DNA of 64,000 nt from Octopus vulgaris (lineage: Eukaryota), in the NCBI GenBank assembly GCA_951406725.2, contig OX597822.1:68882001-68946000 (forward strand), in the 5' to 3' direction. The notes beneath the pieces are model-generated. The model was not told the DNA's origin and ran no database searches. It saw nothing but the letters and a program-made list of their open reading frames with translations. The position numbers and the translations under genes are program-made. Below, one piece after another: positions 51,228-64,000 of this stretch (position 1 is the first letter of the stretch; each line of letters begins with the position of its first letter).

Positions 51228-51425
51228 TGAGGAGGTGCAGAAAAGGTCCTGGCTTTAAGGGTATCATGAAAGGCCTGGCTGGCGGCCCAACATTCCGAGT
51301 TCTTTTAGAGATTGCTGCAATAAGTGTGTGAATCTGAGATGGGAATATGTTAAATAAAATGATAATTAACTAATCCTCTTGTATTTTCTTTTACCCAAAG
51401 CCTAGAACTTTTCAGCACACCCTTG
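51228..51425 (+). mobile_element. Short mariner-derived MITE
   Basis: TA TSD; imperfect TIRs tgaggaggtgcagaaaaggtcctggcttt / aaagcctagaacttttcagcacacccttg; remnant CCNKCVNLRWEYVK*. Confidence 0.8.
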
Positions 51426-51483
51426 TAATTGTGCATAGCTTTATTTTAGTGATTACTGTCTAGCGTACCTTTATATATACATG

Positions 51484-51765
51484 TCTCTTTTACTGAACCG
51501 CTAAGTTACGCGGACGTAAACACACCAGCATCGGTTGTCAAGCGATGTCGGGGGGACAAACACAGACACACAAACACACACACACATACATACATATATA
51601 TATACGACAGGCTTCTTTCAGTGTCCATCTGCCAAATCCACTCACAAGGCTTTGGTTGGCCCAAGGCTATAGTAGAAGACACTTGCCCAAGATGCCACGC
51701 AGTGGGACTGAACCTGGAACCATGTGGTTCATAAGCAAGCTACTTACCACACAGCCACTCCTACT
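51484..51765 (-). mobile_element. SINE family A, 3' truncated
   Basis: gaaccgctaagttacg...ccacacagccactcct. Confidence 0.9.
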
Positions 51766-51813
51766 ATATATACAAATGATAGATAGATAGATAAATGGGT
51801 AGTTACATAGTTT

Positions 51814-51844
<31 letters not shown>

Positions 51845-52249
51845 TGATGTAAACTGAATTACAGAAAACACAATTTCATATTTTACGTAGTAGTAGAGCT
51901 CTGTGTATGCAATGGGAAGTTTTCTAATATACATATGAATGGAAACAGCTTTCTGTAGTCAATGAGTTTCTTAATAGTTGATAATGCTCAAATATTTTTA
52001 TGTATATTACCAGGAGATTTGACTTGGCTGTTTATGCCAATGCTCATAGATTTCTTGAGTCTGCCGCACAGCTCGTTACCATTGTCTTCAAATCTATGTC
52101 AATCTCACTCGTGATTACGAGGCCCAACATCTTGATATCTCGCACCATTACTTCATTTCTTCCCATTATTATTTATTTTTCTTGCTCTTCTACAGCCACG
52201 GATAAGTTCTAATGGTAGCTCACAACACTTTTTTTTTTCCCACCTAGTT

Positions 52250-52406
52250 GCAGGTAAGCCTTTGTAGTAAGAAGCTCACTTCCAAACCACATGGTTCTAG
52301 GTTCAGTCCCACTGTGTGGTACCTTGGGCAAGTATCTTCTACTATAGCCTCAGGCTGACCAAAGCCTTTTGAGTGGATTTGGTAGAGGGAAACTGAAAGA
52401 TGCCTG

Positions 52407-52455
<49 letters not shown>

Positions 52456-53088
52456 CGCATGCATGTGTGTGTCTTTGTGTCAGTGCCTGTCTCCATCGCT
52501 CCTTGACAACCAGTATTGGTGTGTTTACATCCTTATGACTTAGTAGTTCAGCAAATGAGACTGATAGAATAAGTACCAGGCTTTAAAAAAATTAAGTTCT
52601 GTGGATGATTTATCATCATCATCATCATTATTGCTAAACGTCCACTTTCCATGCTAGCATGGGTTGGACGATTTGACTGAGGTCTGGCGATCCAGATGGC
52701 TGCACCAGGCTCCAATCTGATCTGGCAGAGTTTCTACAGCTGGATGCCCTTCCTAATGCCAACCACTCCGAGCGTGCAGTGGGTGCTTTTACGTGCCACA
52801 GACACGAGGGCTAGTTAGGCGGTACTGGCGACGGCCATGCTCAAATGGTCCTTTTTTTCTATGTGCCACCTGCACAGGAGCCAGTCCAGCGGCACTGGCA
52901 TTGACCTCACTCGAATGTTTTTCATGTGCCGCCAGTACAAGTGCCAGTAAAGCAACGCAGGTAATGATCACGCTCGAATGATGTTTTTTCCGTGCCACCA
53001 GCACAGAGGTCAGCTTCATTCGACTAAAATTCCCCAAGGTAGTGCTCCAGCATGGCTGCAGCCTAATGAGTGAAATAAAAGATAAAAT
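52250..53088. mobile_element. Plus SINE A split by a minus-strand RTE 3' UTR (~52612-53015)
   Basis: SINE resumes at cattcgactaaaa...gtgctccagcatggc after the insertion. Confidence 0.82.
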
Positions 53089-53257
53089 ATAATATTCTTT
53101 GACATTACAATTGACTTTACATCATATTTTAAATGAGACCTTTACATTCCCTGCTATTTTCTCAGCTAGTCTGTGCTCCATCATTGACATGACACATCCA
53201 ACAGATCAAGTACAACTCATTTCTTTTCAGTTTCTGCTATTTCTCTACATTCAATAT

Positions 53258-53942
53258 AATCTTTTCTACTCTAGGCACAAGGCCTGAAATTTTCGGGGAG
53301 GGGCCAGTCAATTAGATCAACACCAGTATGCAACTGGTACTTAATTTTATTGACCCCAAAAGGGTGAAAGGTAAAGTCAACTTCAGTGGAATTTGAACTC
53401 AGAACATAAAGACAGACGAAATACCTATTTCTTTATTACCCACAAGAGGCTAAACACAGAGGGGACAAACAAGGACAGACATAGGTATTAAGTCGATTAC
53501 ATCGACCCCAGTGCGTAACTGGTACTTAATTTATCGACCCCGAAAGGATGAAAGGCAAAGTCGACCTTGGCGGAATTTGAACTCACAACGTAACGACAGA
53601 CGAAATACGGCTACGCATTTCGCCCGGCGTGCTAACGTTTCTGTCAGACGAAATACCGTTAAGCATTTCACCTGGTGTGCTAACGTTTCTGCCAGTTCAC
53701 CACCTCTCCACATTCAATATAATCTTTTCTACTCTAGGCACAAGGCCTGAAATTTTGGGGGGAGGGGGTCAGTCAATTAGATTGACCCCTGTATGCAACT
53801 GGTACTTAATATTATTGACTCCTGAAAGGATGAAAGGTAAAGTCGACCTCGGCGGAATTTGAACTCAGAACACAAAGACAGATGAAATACTGCTAAGCAT
53901 TTCGCCTGGCATGCTAATGTTTCTGCCAGCTTGCTGCCTTTC
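53258..53942 (-). mobile_element. Tandem SINE B/B' cluster
   Basis: attcaatataat repeated three times (~53249, 53711, 53946); same B+B' junction as at ~25080. Confidence 0.88.
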
Positions 53943-54823
53943 CCTATTCAATATAATGCAACAGGACATTGCTTACACAATCTATATTCTCTGTGCATTG
54001 AGAATAAACTTGTTATACGTTGAGTTAATGGCTCATTAGACTACTTCCAACTAATTGGCTGTAGCAATTTACAAAAACTAACAAGCCATCTCCTCAGAAA
54101 CCCATGGAATTCCTTGAGCTAAGGAGAGTTACTCTATGTGGTTACTCAACCTGCTAGAAATAACAGCCCAATATTCTTCAAATCATACCCTTCAGGAAGT
54201 AATTTACCACACTTGCTTTTCTGGGTTTTTTTGTGAAGAACATAGAGAGGCATTTATATGGTCACATGACCTACAAGAAATAACAAATATTCTTCGAATC
54301 ACCCTTCTGCTTGTCAACAGGGGTGAAATGCTTTGTTAGTATCAGGTACAAACTGCAAACATACAAGAATCTATGGAGGCATGGTTATGCTGAAAAGTAT
54401 AACAAATCTTTAATTTTACAAACTCATAGCTATACAACTTTATTAAAACTCATTAGTGCCCAATTTTTTTTTTTATTTGATTACCAAAAATCGTTTTTTA
54501 TACAGCTTTATCTGATACTAAATATATAAAAAAAAATTATTACAATATTTGAAAGACACTCTTGTCCTGATGACTAATTAAAGATATCTCAGAAAAATAC
54601 AGGTGTTACAGAAATATGATGGATTATCCTTCTGGTCCTAAAAAAGTACCATGGGTTTATACAACTTTATTAATCTACTGTTTTACCCTTCAAAAATGTT
54701 TTATTTATTTATCCTTTCAGTAGTTCTTAATCTTTTTGCTTCAAGCCTTGCTTTATTTTATCTTCTTTCATATTTTCTTATTCTTTTTACCTTGAGCTTG
54801 GTTTCTGTTTCTTCAGTTTCTCA

Positions 54824-55193
54824 TTATTACCTCAGCCTTAGCGAAATCAGAGATATTATTTTTAGTTGCATTTGTTTGTTTGTCCATGGACAAGATATCT
54901 CAAGAACTACTGGATGGATTCAGATGAAACTTTCAGAGATGTTTGGCATCATGACTGGCACGAACTGATTAGAGTTTGGGAATCACTCTATTACCGAACA
55001 AGGATTCTGGATTATTCTTCCGGTTTTTTAACTTAACTTTTGAGAGCAGTTGGATTCATTTTTAGTATTCTCGTTTGTGAGAGCAGTTGAGTTTATTTCA
55101 AATATTCTCATTTTAAAAATCATCTCCAGCTAATCGTTGAGAGGACATTGATATTGTCTTAGTGGAGGTTTACCCTCTCTGAGTGCTCTTGTT
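54824..55193 (+). mobile_element. Non-autonomous Helentron/DINE-1-like element
   Basis: 5' ttattacctcagcc, internal (GTTT)n, 3' gtggaggt plus ccctctctgagtgc stem-loop remnant, TT flanks. Confidence 0.6.
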
Positions 55194-55429
55194 TTACAAT
55201 ACTTCTCTCCAATTCTCAATGAGCATTGACTTCTTGCAACAATCTTTATCTTCTTTCTGGTTTGACTTAACAATTACCCATTGTATATTTGAAAAGCATC
55301 TCTTCATTCCCTTCCCTTTACCCTCTCAATTCATTTAAATTATTTCTTTTCACTCCATTATTTATTTATCTGTCTGCCTGCCAGCCTGTCTGTGTGCCTA
55401 CCTGCCTGTTTGTCTGTCTGTCTGTCAGT

Positions 55430-56445
55430 TTCTCTCTCTGTATTTGTGTTTGTCTCTTACTACTGTTTGACAATTGGTGTTGGTGTGTTTACGTCACTGT
55501 AACTTAGTGGTTCAACAAAAGAAATTGATAGAATAAGTATCAGGCTTTAAAATACAAGATCTGAGATTGATTCAGTCGACTATAAACTCTTCAATGCAGT
55601 GCTCCAGCATGGCCACAGTCTAATGACTGAAACAGGTAAAGGATAAAAGATTCCTGCATATGTGTGTGTGTGTGTGTGTCTTTTATCTTTTACTTGTTTC
55701 AGTCATTAGACTGTGGCCATGCTGGGGCACTGCTTTGAAGAATTTCAGTTGAATGAATTAACCACAGTACTTTTTTTTTTTGAAACCTGGTATTATTGGT
55801 CGCTTTTGCAAAACAACTTCATTATGGGGATGTAAATATACCAACACCGGTTGTCAAGCAGTAGTTGGGGAACAAAAAGATACACACACAAATACACACA
55901 CACACACACGCACACAAATACACACACACACGCACACACACACACACACAAACATACACACACAACACAACAGACTTCTTTCAGTTTTTGTTTACCAAAT
56001 CCACTCACAAGGCTTTGGTTGGCCCAAGGCTATAGTAGAAGACATTTTCCTGAGGTGTCATGCAGTGGGACTGAACCTGGGACCACGTGGTTGGGAAGCA
56101 ATTTTCTTACTGTACAGACATACCTGTACCTGGTGTATAAATACCATCACCCTCATCACTTAATGCCCATTTTCTGTGCTGGCATAAGCTGGATAGTTTT
56201 ACAGAATCCAGCAAGCTGCAAGGCTGTATTGCAGCTTTTTTTTTTTTAAGCCTGGAGTCAGTATATTGGTTGCTTTTGCCAAACCACTATGTTATGGGGA
56301 CATAAACATACCAACACCGGTTGTCAAGCAGTAGTTAGGGGTCAAAACGACACACACGCACACGCATACGTAATAGGCTTCTTTCAGTTTCTATTTACCA
56401 AATCCACTCACAAGGCTTTGGTTGGCTTGAGGCTGTAGTAGAAGC
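55430..56445. mobile_element. Cluster of three SINE A pieces (+ 55430-55650, - 55680-56130, - 56240-56445)
   Basis: Family A tail and head motifs in both orientations. Confidence 0.82.
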
Positions 56446-56943
56446 TGCAAGGATGTATTGCACTCCAGGTATCTATGGTTGGGTACCCTTCCTAATGCCA
56501 ACCACTCTATATAGTGTATTGGTTGCATTTTTCATGTCACTGGCATTAGTGATGTCACCAGGTAACCCGTGAGACAAAGAAAAAAGAGAAAGATGGGAAA
56601 AGAGGGGAAAAAAATCCCTCTTTGACTAAAGGGTAGTGGTATTTGACAGGGGAGGAGGTGTGATGGTTCTATGCCAGGTGGTGAGAGACTCAAGTTTGGT
56701 AGCTGGACAAGCCCAGGTTCCCTTGCTATAGAAGAGATAGAAGGCAACCTTGTATTATATGAATGTGGGTGGGAGAAGCTGGAAAGAAAATAGAGATGGT
56801 GCTGATGGGATGCCAGAGCAGCTCAAGATATCAAAAGGTTGGTATAAGAGAAGATACAGACAGTGGATGACGGGGCAGGGAGAAGTTTCATAAGAGTGTG
56901 AGGAGAGAGTATGTATGTATATGTATGTGTGTATATGTATATG

Positions 56944-57353
56944 TAGGCGCAGGAGTGACTGTGTGGTAAGTAGCTTGCTTACCAACCACATGGCTCTGGG
57001 TTCAGTCTCACTGTGTGGTACCTTGGGCAAGTGTCTTCTACTATAGCCTCGGGCCGACCAAAGCCTTGTGAGTGGATTTGGTAGACGGAAACTGAAAGAA
57101 GCCCATCATATATATGTATATGTATGTATAAATATGTGTGTGTGTTTGTGTGTCTGTGTTTGTCCTCCCAACATCACTTGACAACCGATGCTGGTGTGTT
57201 TACGTCCCCGTAACTTAGCGGTTCGGCAAAAGAGACCGATAGCATAAGTACTAGGCTTACAAAGAATAAGGCCTGGGGTCAATTTGCTCGACTAAAGGCA
57301 GTGCTCCAGCATGGTCACAGTCAAATGACTGAAACAAGTAAAAGAGTAAAGAG
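56944..57353 (+). mobile_element. SINE family A, full length
   Basis: ggcgcaggagtgactgtgtgg...gactgaaacaagtaaaagagtaaagagta. Confidence 0.93.
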
Positions 57354-57591
57354 TATACAGATGTATATATGTGTTTGTATATATATGTATAGATATGAAT
57401 ATATATATATGTATATATATATATGAAAATGTATATATGTGTGTGTGTATGTATATATAGGTATATATGTATACAAATATATAGAAATTCGGGGTGAGTA
57501 CTTTGTGTGAATCCTTTGAATCTTCATACAAATATATAGATATTTATAGGAATATATATATATTATATATGTATGTATCTTTATTTCTCTC

Positions 57592-57671
<80 letters not shown>
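57592..57671. repeat. (TATC)n microsatellite, ~20 units
   Basis: Perfect tetranucleotide run. Confidence 0.96.
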
Positions 57672-58032
57672 CCTACACACACACTTACACACATTTTTGT
57701 ATGCGTGCATGCACACGTGCATGTGTGTGTGTGTAAGAGAGCTTACTTTGGATCTTTCTTTGGGCGAATAAGAACAGAAAACAGAATCTTCTGCAAACAA
57801 AAGAGTTGAGGATTAGCATGAACAAATTGAAAGTACTAATTACATGACTGTGACCTCAATAAACTTACAAAAGCAAGAATATAGTCTTGCTGATAGTATT
57901 AAAAAACAAACAAAAAATCAAAGAAAAGCAAAAGAAAAAAAATTACAAACCAAAACAGGGGGATTGGTAAAGTTATGAGTAAGTTTGTTGGAATATACAT
58001 ATACATACATATATGTATGTACATATCTAGAT

Positions 58033-58075
<43 letters not shown>

Positions 58076-60288
58076 ATTGTGAAAGAACTTTTATGAGTGT
58101 TGTGCAAATTATTCTGTGGATGTTGGAACTTACAAAGGGAAATGCTTGTTATTGTTTATTATCAAAGGCAGTATAGGCTAAGTTCGTGTGTAGATACTGA
58201 TATAAACATAAATGGAACTGATGAATTTCTTAAATTAACCTCCAAAACTATATAAGAATATCTTGGTTCATGAAAATAGAAAAGTGTCTAACTTTAAAGT
58301 TGGTAAGATTATCTTATATAACTGAATGATTGATGTTCAGAGATGAAAGAATTTTTGCTGAAACGAAGTAGGATTTATAGATTCGATCACTGAGTAGTGG
58401 TTTGGAACCTAAGATAGTTAATGTGTGAAGAATGGAATCTTTCTTTTTCTTTTTCTTTTTCTTTTTTTTTTCAGTTTTTAGTTTTCTATTCTTTCATGCC
58501 TTTGATCCATCCTTCCAGGATCAATAAAATAGATACCAGTCAAGTACGAGGGTCAATTAAATCAAATTTTCTCTCTGTAAACAAACTGCATATATTCACA
58601 GGACAGTCACTTCTTTGCTGCATCCATACAGTCGTCATTGTCATCAACACCACCACCACCACCACCACCACCACCACCATTCTAATACATACTTTTCCAT
58701 CCTCACATGGGTGGGAAAGAATTTGTTGAGGCAGATAGTTTCTATGGCTGGACGCCCTCCCTCCCACCAACCCGTACCTGTTTCCAGGTAAACTAATATG
58801 TCTTCATGATGAAACATGTTTCCATGGAAATTTTGGAAACAAAGGACACTGCTTGCTTGACAGTGACATTCATTTACAACTGTTATACTGTGTCAATGCT
58901 TGGCTTGAAGAATCTGCCTTGCAATTCTTTTCTGTGATATTCTGATTACATGTCTATGGCACTAGAGTTGTAACCTCTCAGTGCAGAAAAGTAGAGCTAT
59001 GCGCCCTGACTAGTAACATTCCTCCAGAGATCCCTTGGTGGAACTCCATTTCAGCTGCTTGTATTTGTGATCTTTCTTTCACATTGCTCCAGTTCACTCA
59101 GCTGTAGAAATCATTTGTGGCATCACTAATGCCAAGCAATATCAACCTTTGTCTTTCTCTTGAACAACATTGGTTGTGTGGAGAGGGGAGACTGGTATGC
59201 ATGGGTAACCGTTGGTCTTCCACAAACAACCCTGCCTGGACTTGTGCCCAAAGGGGGACTTTCTAGGTACAGTCCCATGGTCATTTGTGACTGAAGGGGG
59301 TCTTTACCCTTTACCCATTTGTGATTGTACACTTCTGATCATTACCCAGTTTTCATGATCATCGGTGAAGACCACAGGCACAAGCACTAAATTTAAGGTA
59401 GCTAGCTTAGTTTTTTGTTTTTGTTTTGCCAACCTCACCTCTTCTGAGAAGTCTCTAAATCTTGAAGTTATTTGTAATGACAGAGTCTCCATCAGGTCCA
59501 GACTCAAACATTTAAACTGACCAAGATCTATGCTATTTATTTTCCAGTGTGAATGCCTCTTCAGTTTGCTATGCTTTACCAATGAATTAAACTGCATCTC
59601 TCACATTAAATTCTTTAAGAAACTAGAGTTAACTTCAATCAGAAATTTCCTCATAAACAAGGAATAATATGCCATTATGCAGGGATTGAATTGATAGCAA
59701 ACAGTTTTGGGAAAAGTAGATAATATAGCTGAGGTTACATATGAACAGGTTGTAATAATAAATGAAATAAAATGAATAGGTATAACTTAAGAGTGTTTTT
59801 GAGTTTGTGTCAAAAGCTAGTGTTGCAACCAGTGCAACGAAAACAAAAACTGTAGTGACATGTCAGTGTACAAATCCGAAATTATGTTTGAAATAGCAGT
59901 GGAATTTGATTTCTGGTGACTGCATTGGTGATGATCAAGAGTGTATCATCAGTTATTGCCATCCTTTTAAAACCTGTTTTTCCATGTTGTCATAGATTGG
60001 ACAGGTTGTCTAAGTTAGTTTTTATTTGGAGGTATTACACTCTTAGGTAGAATGTGAACCATATCTCACTCGTATGCTCCATTTTTGGCATATTTTCTGC
60101 CCTTCCTATAATGAAACACTTTACAGAGTGTACTGAAAGTATTTTGTTGTGGTGTTAGCACTAGAAAGATTGTCACACCCTTGGTAAGAACAGAGAATGT
60201 TCTCTCTCGTTCTTTTTGTTACTTTCTCAGAATTGGCTATGGCCAACAAGATGGTGTTTTGTAATAAGCACCCAAAACAAGCCAATCT

Positions 60289-61068
60289 GATATGTCCTGC
60301 ATTATGAAGACATAACTTCATCGTCTGCATGACTGGTCCGAACACCACACCCCACTGACTGACACTGCTTGCTATGTTTGTCCACTGTTTAACAGTAGTG
60401 GAACAGGCCACTTCTCACTTGGGGGTGTCCACCACAATCCCTACTCCTTTTGAGATTTTTTTTTCTTCTTTCACACAGCATTATTATTTTTTTTTCTTCA
60501 TTTCTTTTTCTTCCACACAGAATTAGTAGTACCAGTCTACATTGTTTACTGGTAGTGCTACTAACATATAGTGACCTAACTAAAATCCTTCACACGGACT
60601 TATTATTATTATTACTTTTTCTTCCACACACAATTATTTTTCTCTTCAGAATGCTGCAGGTAGTACCAGTCTACATTGTTTACTGGTAGCACTGCTAACA
60701 CAGCAATCTGACAGAAATTCTACAAATGGAATTATATTATTTTTCACTGTGTGTAGTTCAGTTCTGCATTAGAGTTCCAGGTTTATCAGACAATTTTTTC
60801 TTCAGAATCTTTTTTCAATAGAATTTATATATCTTTCACTGTGTGTATATTATTTATCACTGTGTGTAGTTCAGTTCTGTGTTAGTCTTATCTGCCACTT
60901 TGTGTAGTTCGACTTCTCATCGCCACTGATATGCCCCGCATTATGACAACGTAACTTTGTCGTCTGCATGACTGGCTCAAACAGCGCTCCTCGCTAACTG
61001 ACACTGCTTGCTGTGTCTGTCCACTATTTAACAGTTGTGGAACAGTCCACTTCTCACTTGTGGGTGTT
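60289..61068. repeat. ~140-bp direct repeat pair (60289-60429, 60927-61068) enclosing shorter sub-repeats
   Basis: tcgtctgcatgactgg, actgacactgcttgct and ccacttctcacttg occur in both copies. Confidence 0.85.
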
Positions 61069-61221
61069 TGCCATAACTTAATTGAAAACCACCTCTGTAT
61101 TTTCCAATAAAAAAAATCTATGACAATCACATTGAGCTTGAGAAGGCAGTCACAAGTGGTGGTGGTGGTGGTGGTGGGTGACAGTGAAAAGAAAGAAGGA
61201 AATATAAACCAGTGTCTAAAG

Positions 61222-62052
61222 CAGTGGTTCTCAACTTGGGTTCATATGGCCCCTGAAGGTCCACATAAGTTTTTTGGGGTCCATACAAGAAAATAGTAAA
61301 TTGAGGATCCACAACTTTATTTTGAGGGCCCCTGAAAATTTTTGTTTTTATGTGTATATTGGTAGTATTGCAGCTTCACGGCGCAGTTGTCTGAAGGTAT
61401 CGGATTGGTTGCATCAAGCTTGTTTCACTTTTTCAGCAATTTCGATTGTTCGGCCCGAGATCTAATCTTTGTTTTTTCGCTTAGTAGTGCCGAGTGTTGT
61501 GGACATCATGGATTGAAGATTGTGTTTGACTGTTTGCCAGACTTCATCTGAGGAAGCAGATTGAGGGACTTCGAGCCCGTTAAAACCGATTTGTTAATTC
61601 AGGGTTGGCGAAAGCAATGTGGTGGACAACGAAAAACCTGGCTGATGACAGTTAAGGCTGATCTGGAACCCAACCTAGGCCTCCATATATATGGCGTTCA
61701 CCGCTGGAATAAGGAGTGGTTGGAGATCACATGGTTGTTAGCCTCAAATCGCCAGGCCTGGTCGGCGTTTATGAGAGATGCAGCATTGAGAATGAATGAA
61801 GCCAGCTCAACCCACCCCAGGTGAATGCTGTCAAGTTAGTCAGTCAGCAGTATTGCAAGAAACAGCTAGGTTTCTTTCTCTAATATTTTACATAGTTCAA
61901 CCTACAAAAGTTAATGTGTGAAAAACAAAATAGGAATTTTGAAAGAAGTTTTTTTATAAAACTAGTTTTCGAATGTTGAATGACTTTGGGGGTCCACCAG
62001 AATAAAACAGTAATCAAAGGGGTCCATATGTAAAAAATGGTTGAAAAGCCTG
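61222..62052. mobile_element. hAT (Charlie-like) non-autonomous element with retroelement insertion
   Basis: Termini cagtggttctcaac / ggttgaaaagcctg; TSD gtctaaag / atctaaag; repeated ggggtcca subterminal motifs. Confidence 0.85.
61373..61848 (+). mobile_element. Short RTE-like retroelement
   Basis: TSD agtattgca; GWRKQCGGQRKTWLMTVKADLEP...RWNKEW...LASNRQAWSAFMRDA; tail gtcaagttagtcagtcag. Confidence 0.82.
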
Positions 62053-62352
62053 ATCTAAAGGAAATAATGGCTCTCAGTATCAGCAAGGCCTTGCCTCAAA
62101 TGTTAGAATTCTTGTCTCACAATGACATGCAAACTTATTCATAGCAAAATACAACTCTCACAGTCACTGTCACTACATGGAAAATAATTTTCAAACCTGT
62201 ATGCAATACCCTCAAACACTACAACAACAACTTAAAATCATTATCTCTGCCACTTAGCCCAGACGAGCATAAAGAATGCTTACACACAGTAACAGCTGCA
62301 ACAATAGCCTGACTAGCTTCATGCACAATGCTGGAATATGCACCACCATTAT

Positions 62353-62536
62353 AGACGTAGGAGTGGCTGTGTGGTAAGAAGCTTGCTTACCAACCACATT
62401 TTTCCGGGTTCAGTCCCACTGCATGGCACCTTGGGCAAGTGTCTTCTACTATAGCCTCGGGCTGACCAAAGCCTTGTGAGTGGATTTGGTAGACGGAAAC
62501 TAAAAGAAGCCCGTCGTATGTATGTATGTATATATA

Positions 62537-62583
<47 letters not shown>

Positions 62584-62805
62584 ATATGTTTGTGTGTCTG
62601 TGTTTGTTCCCCCAACATTGCTTGATAACCGATGCGGGTGTGTTTATGTCCCCGTAACTTAGCAGTTCGGCAAGAGACCGATAGAATAAGTACTAGGCTT
62701 ACAGGGAATAAGTCCTGGGGTCGATGTGCTCAACTAAAAGGCGGTGCTCCAGCATGGCCACAGTCAACTGATCGAAACAAGATAAAAGAGTAAAAGAGTA
62801 AGAGT
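62353..62805 (+). mobile_element. SINE family A, full length
   Basis: Complete head-to-tail match. Confidence 0.93.
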
Positions 62806-63839
62806 AGAAGGCAGCAACAGTTGCGTTCTGATTGAATAAGCTTTCTCAGCCTTCAATGTGCCAGAATCAACAGACATACAGAAATAGACTGGACACTGGA
62901 AAGTGTGCAATATGTTTAGATTGTCACTCTACAACAAATACAATTGATCACAGCATGCCAGAGTGTTTAGAATGGTTCTCAGCTATGTGGAAGTAAGGTG
63001 TAACTAGAAAAACTGGTATAAATTGATTGTCGCATTCAGTAGTTGTGCCAACTACCTGCACGCCATAGGACCACTTGATTAGAACCGATCTCGGGTTACA
63101 CACCAATAACTGACTCTCAGATTTATAAGACATTTAATAAAATTGATGAAATAAATTTATGTGTTGTGAGGAGTAATGTGACCTTGAGAAGAGCCCTGCT
63201 CCAAATGTCAGAATTCTCTTCTTTCCACAACACACTAATTTAACATGTCATATATTTTTTGGTAAATTGCTTTTTTTATAAATTCAAGCTATCACAAATT
63301 TTCTTGGGATCTTATTTTTTCAAAAAATGTTTTCTTATAAATCATTATTTATAGACAAATTCAAAGTTTCATATTTAGAAAGAAAAGGAAAGATTTTTTG
63401 ATTTTTTTGGAAAGAACATTATTCATATAAGTAAAGTGGAAATAGCTCTGCTGGGATAGAAGCAAGTCAAGGTGTTGACAGCCAGAAGCTTACCTCTACT
63501 TTCATATGTGAGTCACCATTTCATAATTATTGATCTCCTTTGATTAGGCTCAAGGCCAACTTTTGTTGGGGGGAAAAAGAAGTATAGTCTTAGTTTTGGT
63601 TTGCTTATATGATTCCATTCATGTCTAGTCAGATACATTATAGAAATGTTAAACTGACTTCAATTCTTGATTGATGCTTTCTGTTTATCAACCCTAGAAG
63701 TGTAAAAGGCAAAGTTGACCTCTGCAGGATCTGACCTTAATGTGAAGAGCCACAACTGACTGCCATAGAATTTTTTTTTTCATACTAATAATCAGGTGAT
63801 TCTAAATGAAATGATCACCACAGAGTTCAGTCCTAATTG

Positions 63840-64000
63840 CAGTATGGTAGTTCAGGGGTTAGAGCATTGGACTCACAATAATCAGGTAGAGAGTTCAATT
63901 CCTGAACTGGGCTGTGTGTTGTGTTCTTGAGCAAGACACTTTATTTCATGTTGCTCCTGTTCATTCAGCTGTAGAAACCAGTTATGATGTCACTGGTGCC
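63840..64000 (+). mobile_element. SINE family E, 5' part (runs off the window)
   Basis: gagttcaattcc...gtgttcttgagcaagacactttatttca...gtcactggtgcc. Confidence 0.85.

Overview
AT-rich, repeat-saturated eukaryotic DNA. The repeat families (tRNA-headed SINEs with internal (TA)n/(TG)n tracts, RTE 3' UTRs ending in (GAT)n, dense microsatellites) point to an octopus or other coleoid cephalopod genome; this is an inference from remembered family sequences, not a search. I find no supportable host protein-coding gene. Nearly all ORFs in the track are microsatellite or SINE translations, and the recognisable protein motifs are transposon remnants (mariner, hAT, RTE, CR1-group, R4/Dong-like). The window holds about 20 copies of one SINE (family A), several other SINE families, hAT/mariner/piggyBac-type MITEs with readable target-site duplications, a Helentron-like element, Penelope-like fragments and multi-level nesting. 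Most notable: (1) a ~290-bp retroelement-derived hairpin (13208-13497) whose arm mismatches are almost all G-U on the + strand, a candidate genomic fossil of ADAR hyper-editing; (2) a tRNA-headed element carrying a minimal hammerhead ribozyme (17524-17760); (3) a double palindrome (33546-33904) that reconstructs as foldback repair of both ends of one break; (4) LINE-SINE 3' tail sharing visible within the window; (5) a CpG-retaining domain at ~22.5-39 kb between CpG-depleted flanks. Family letters are my own labels and boundaries of decayed repeats are approximate.
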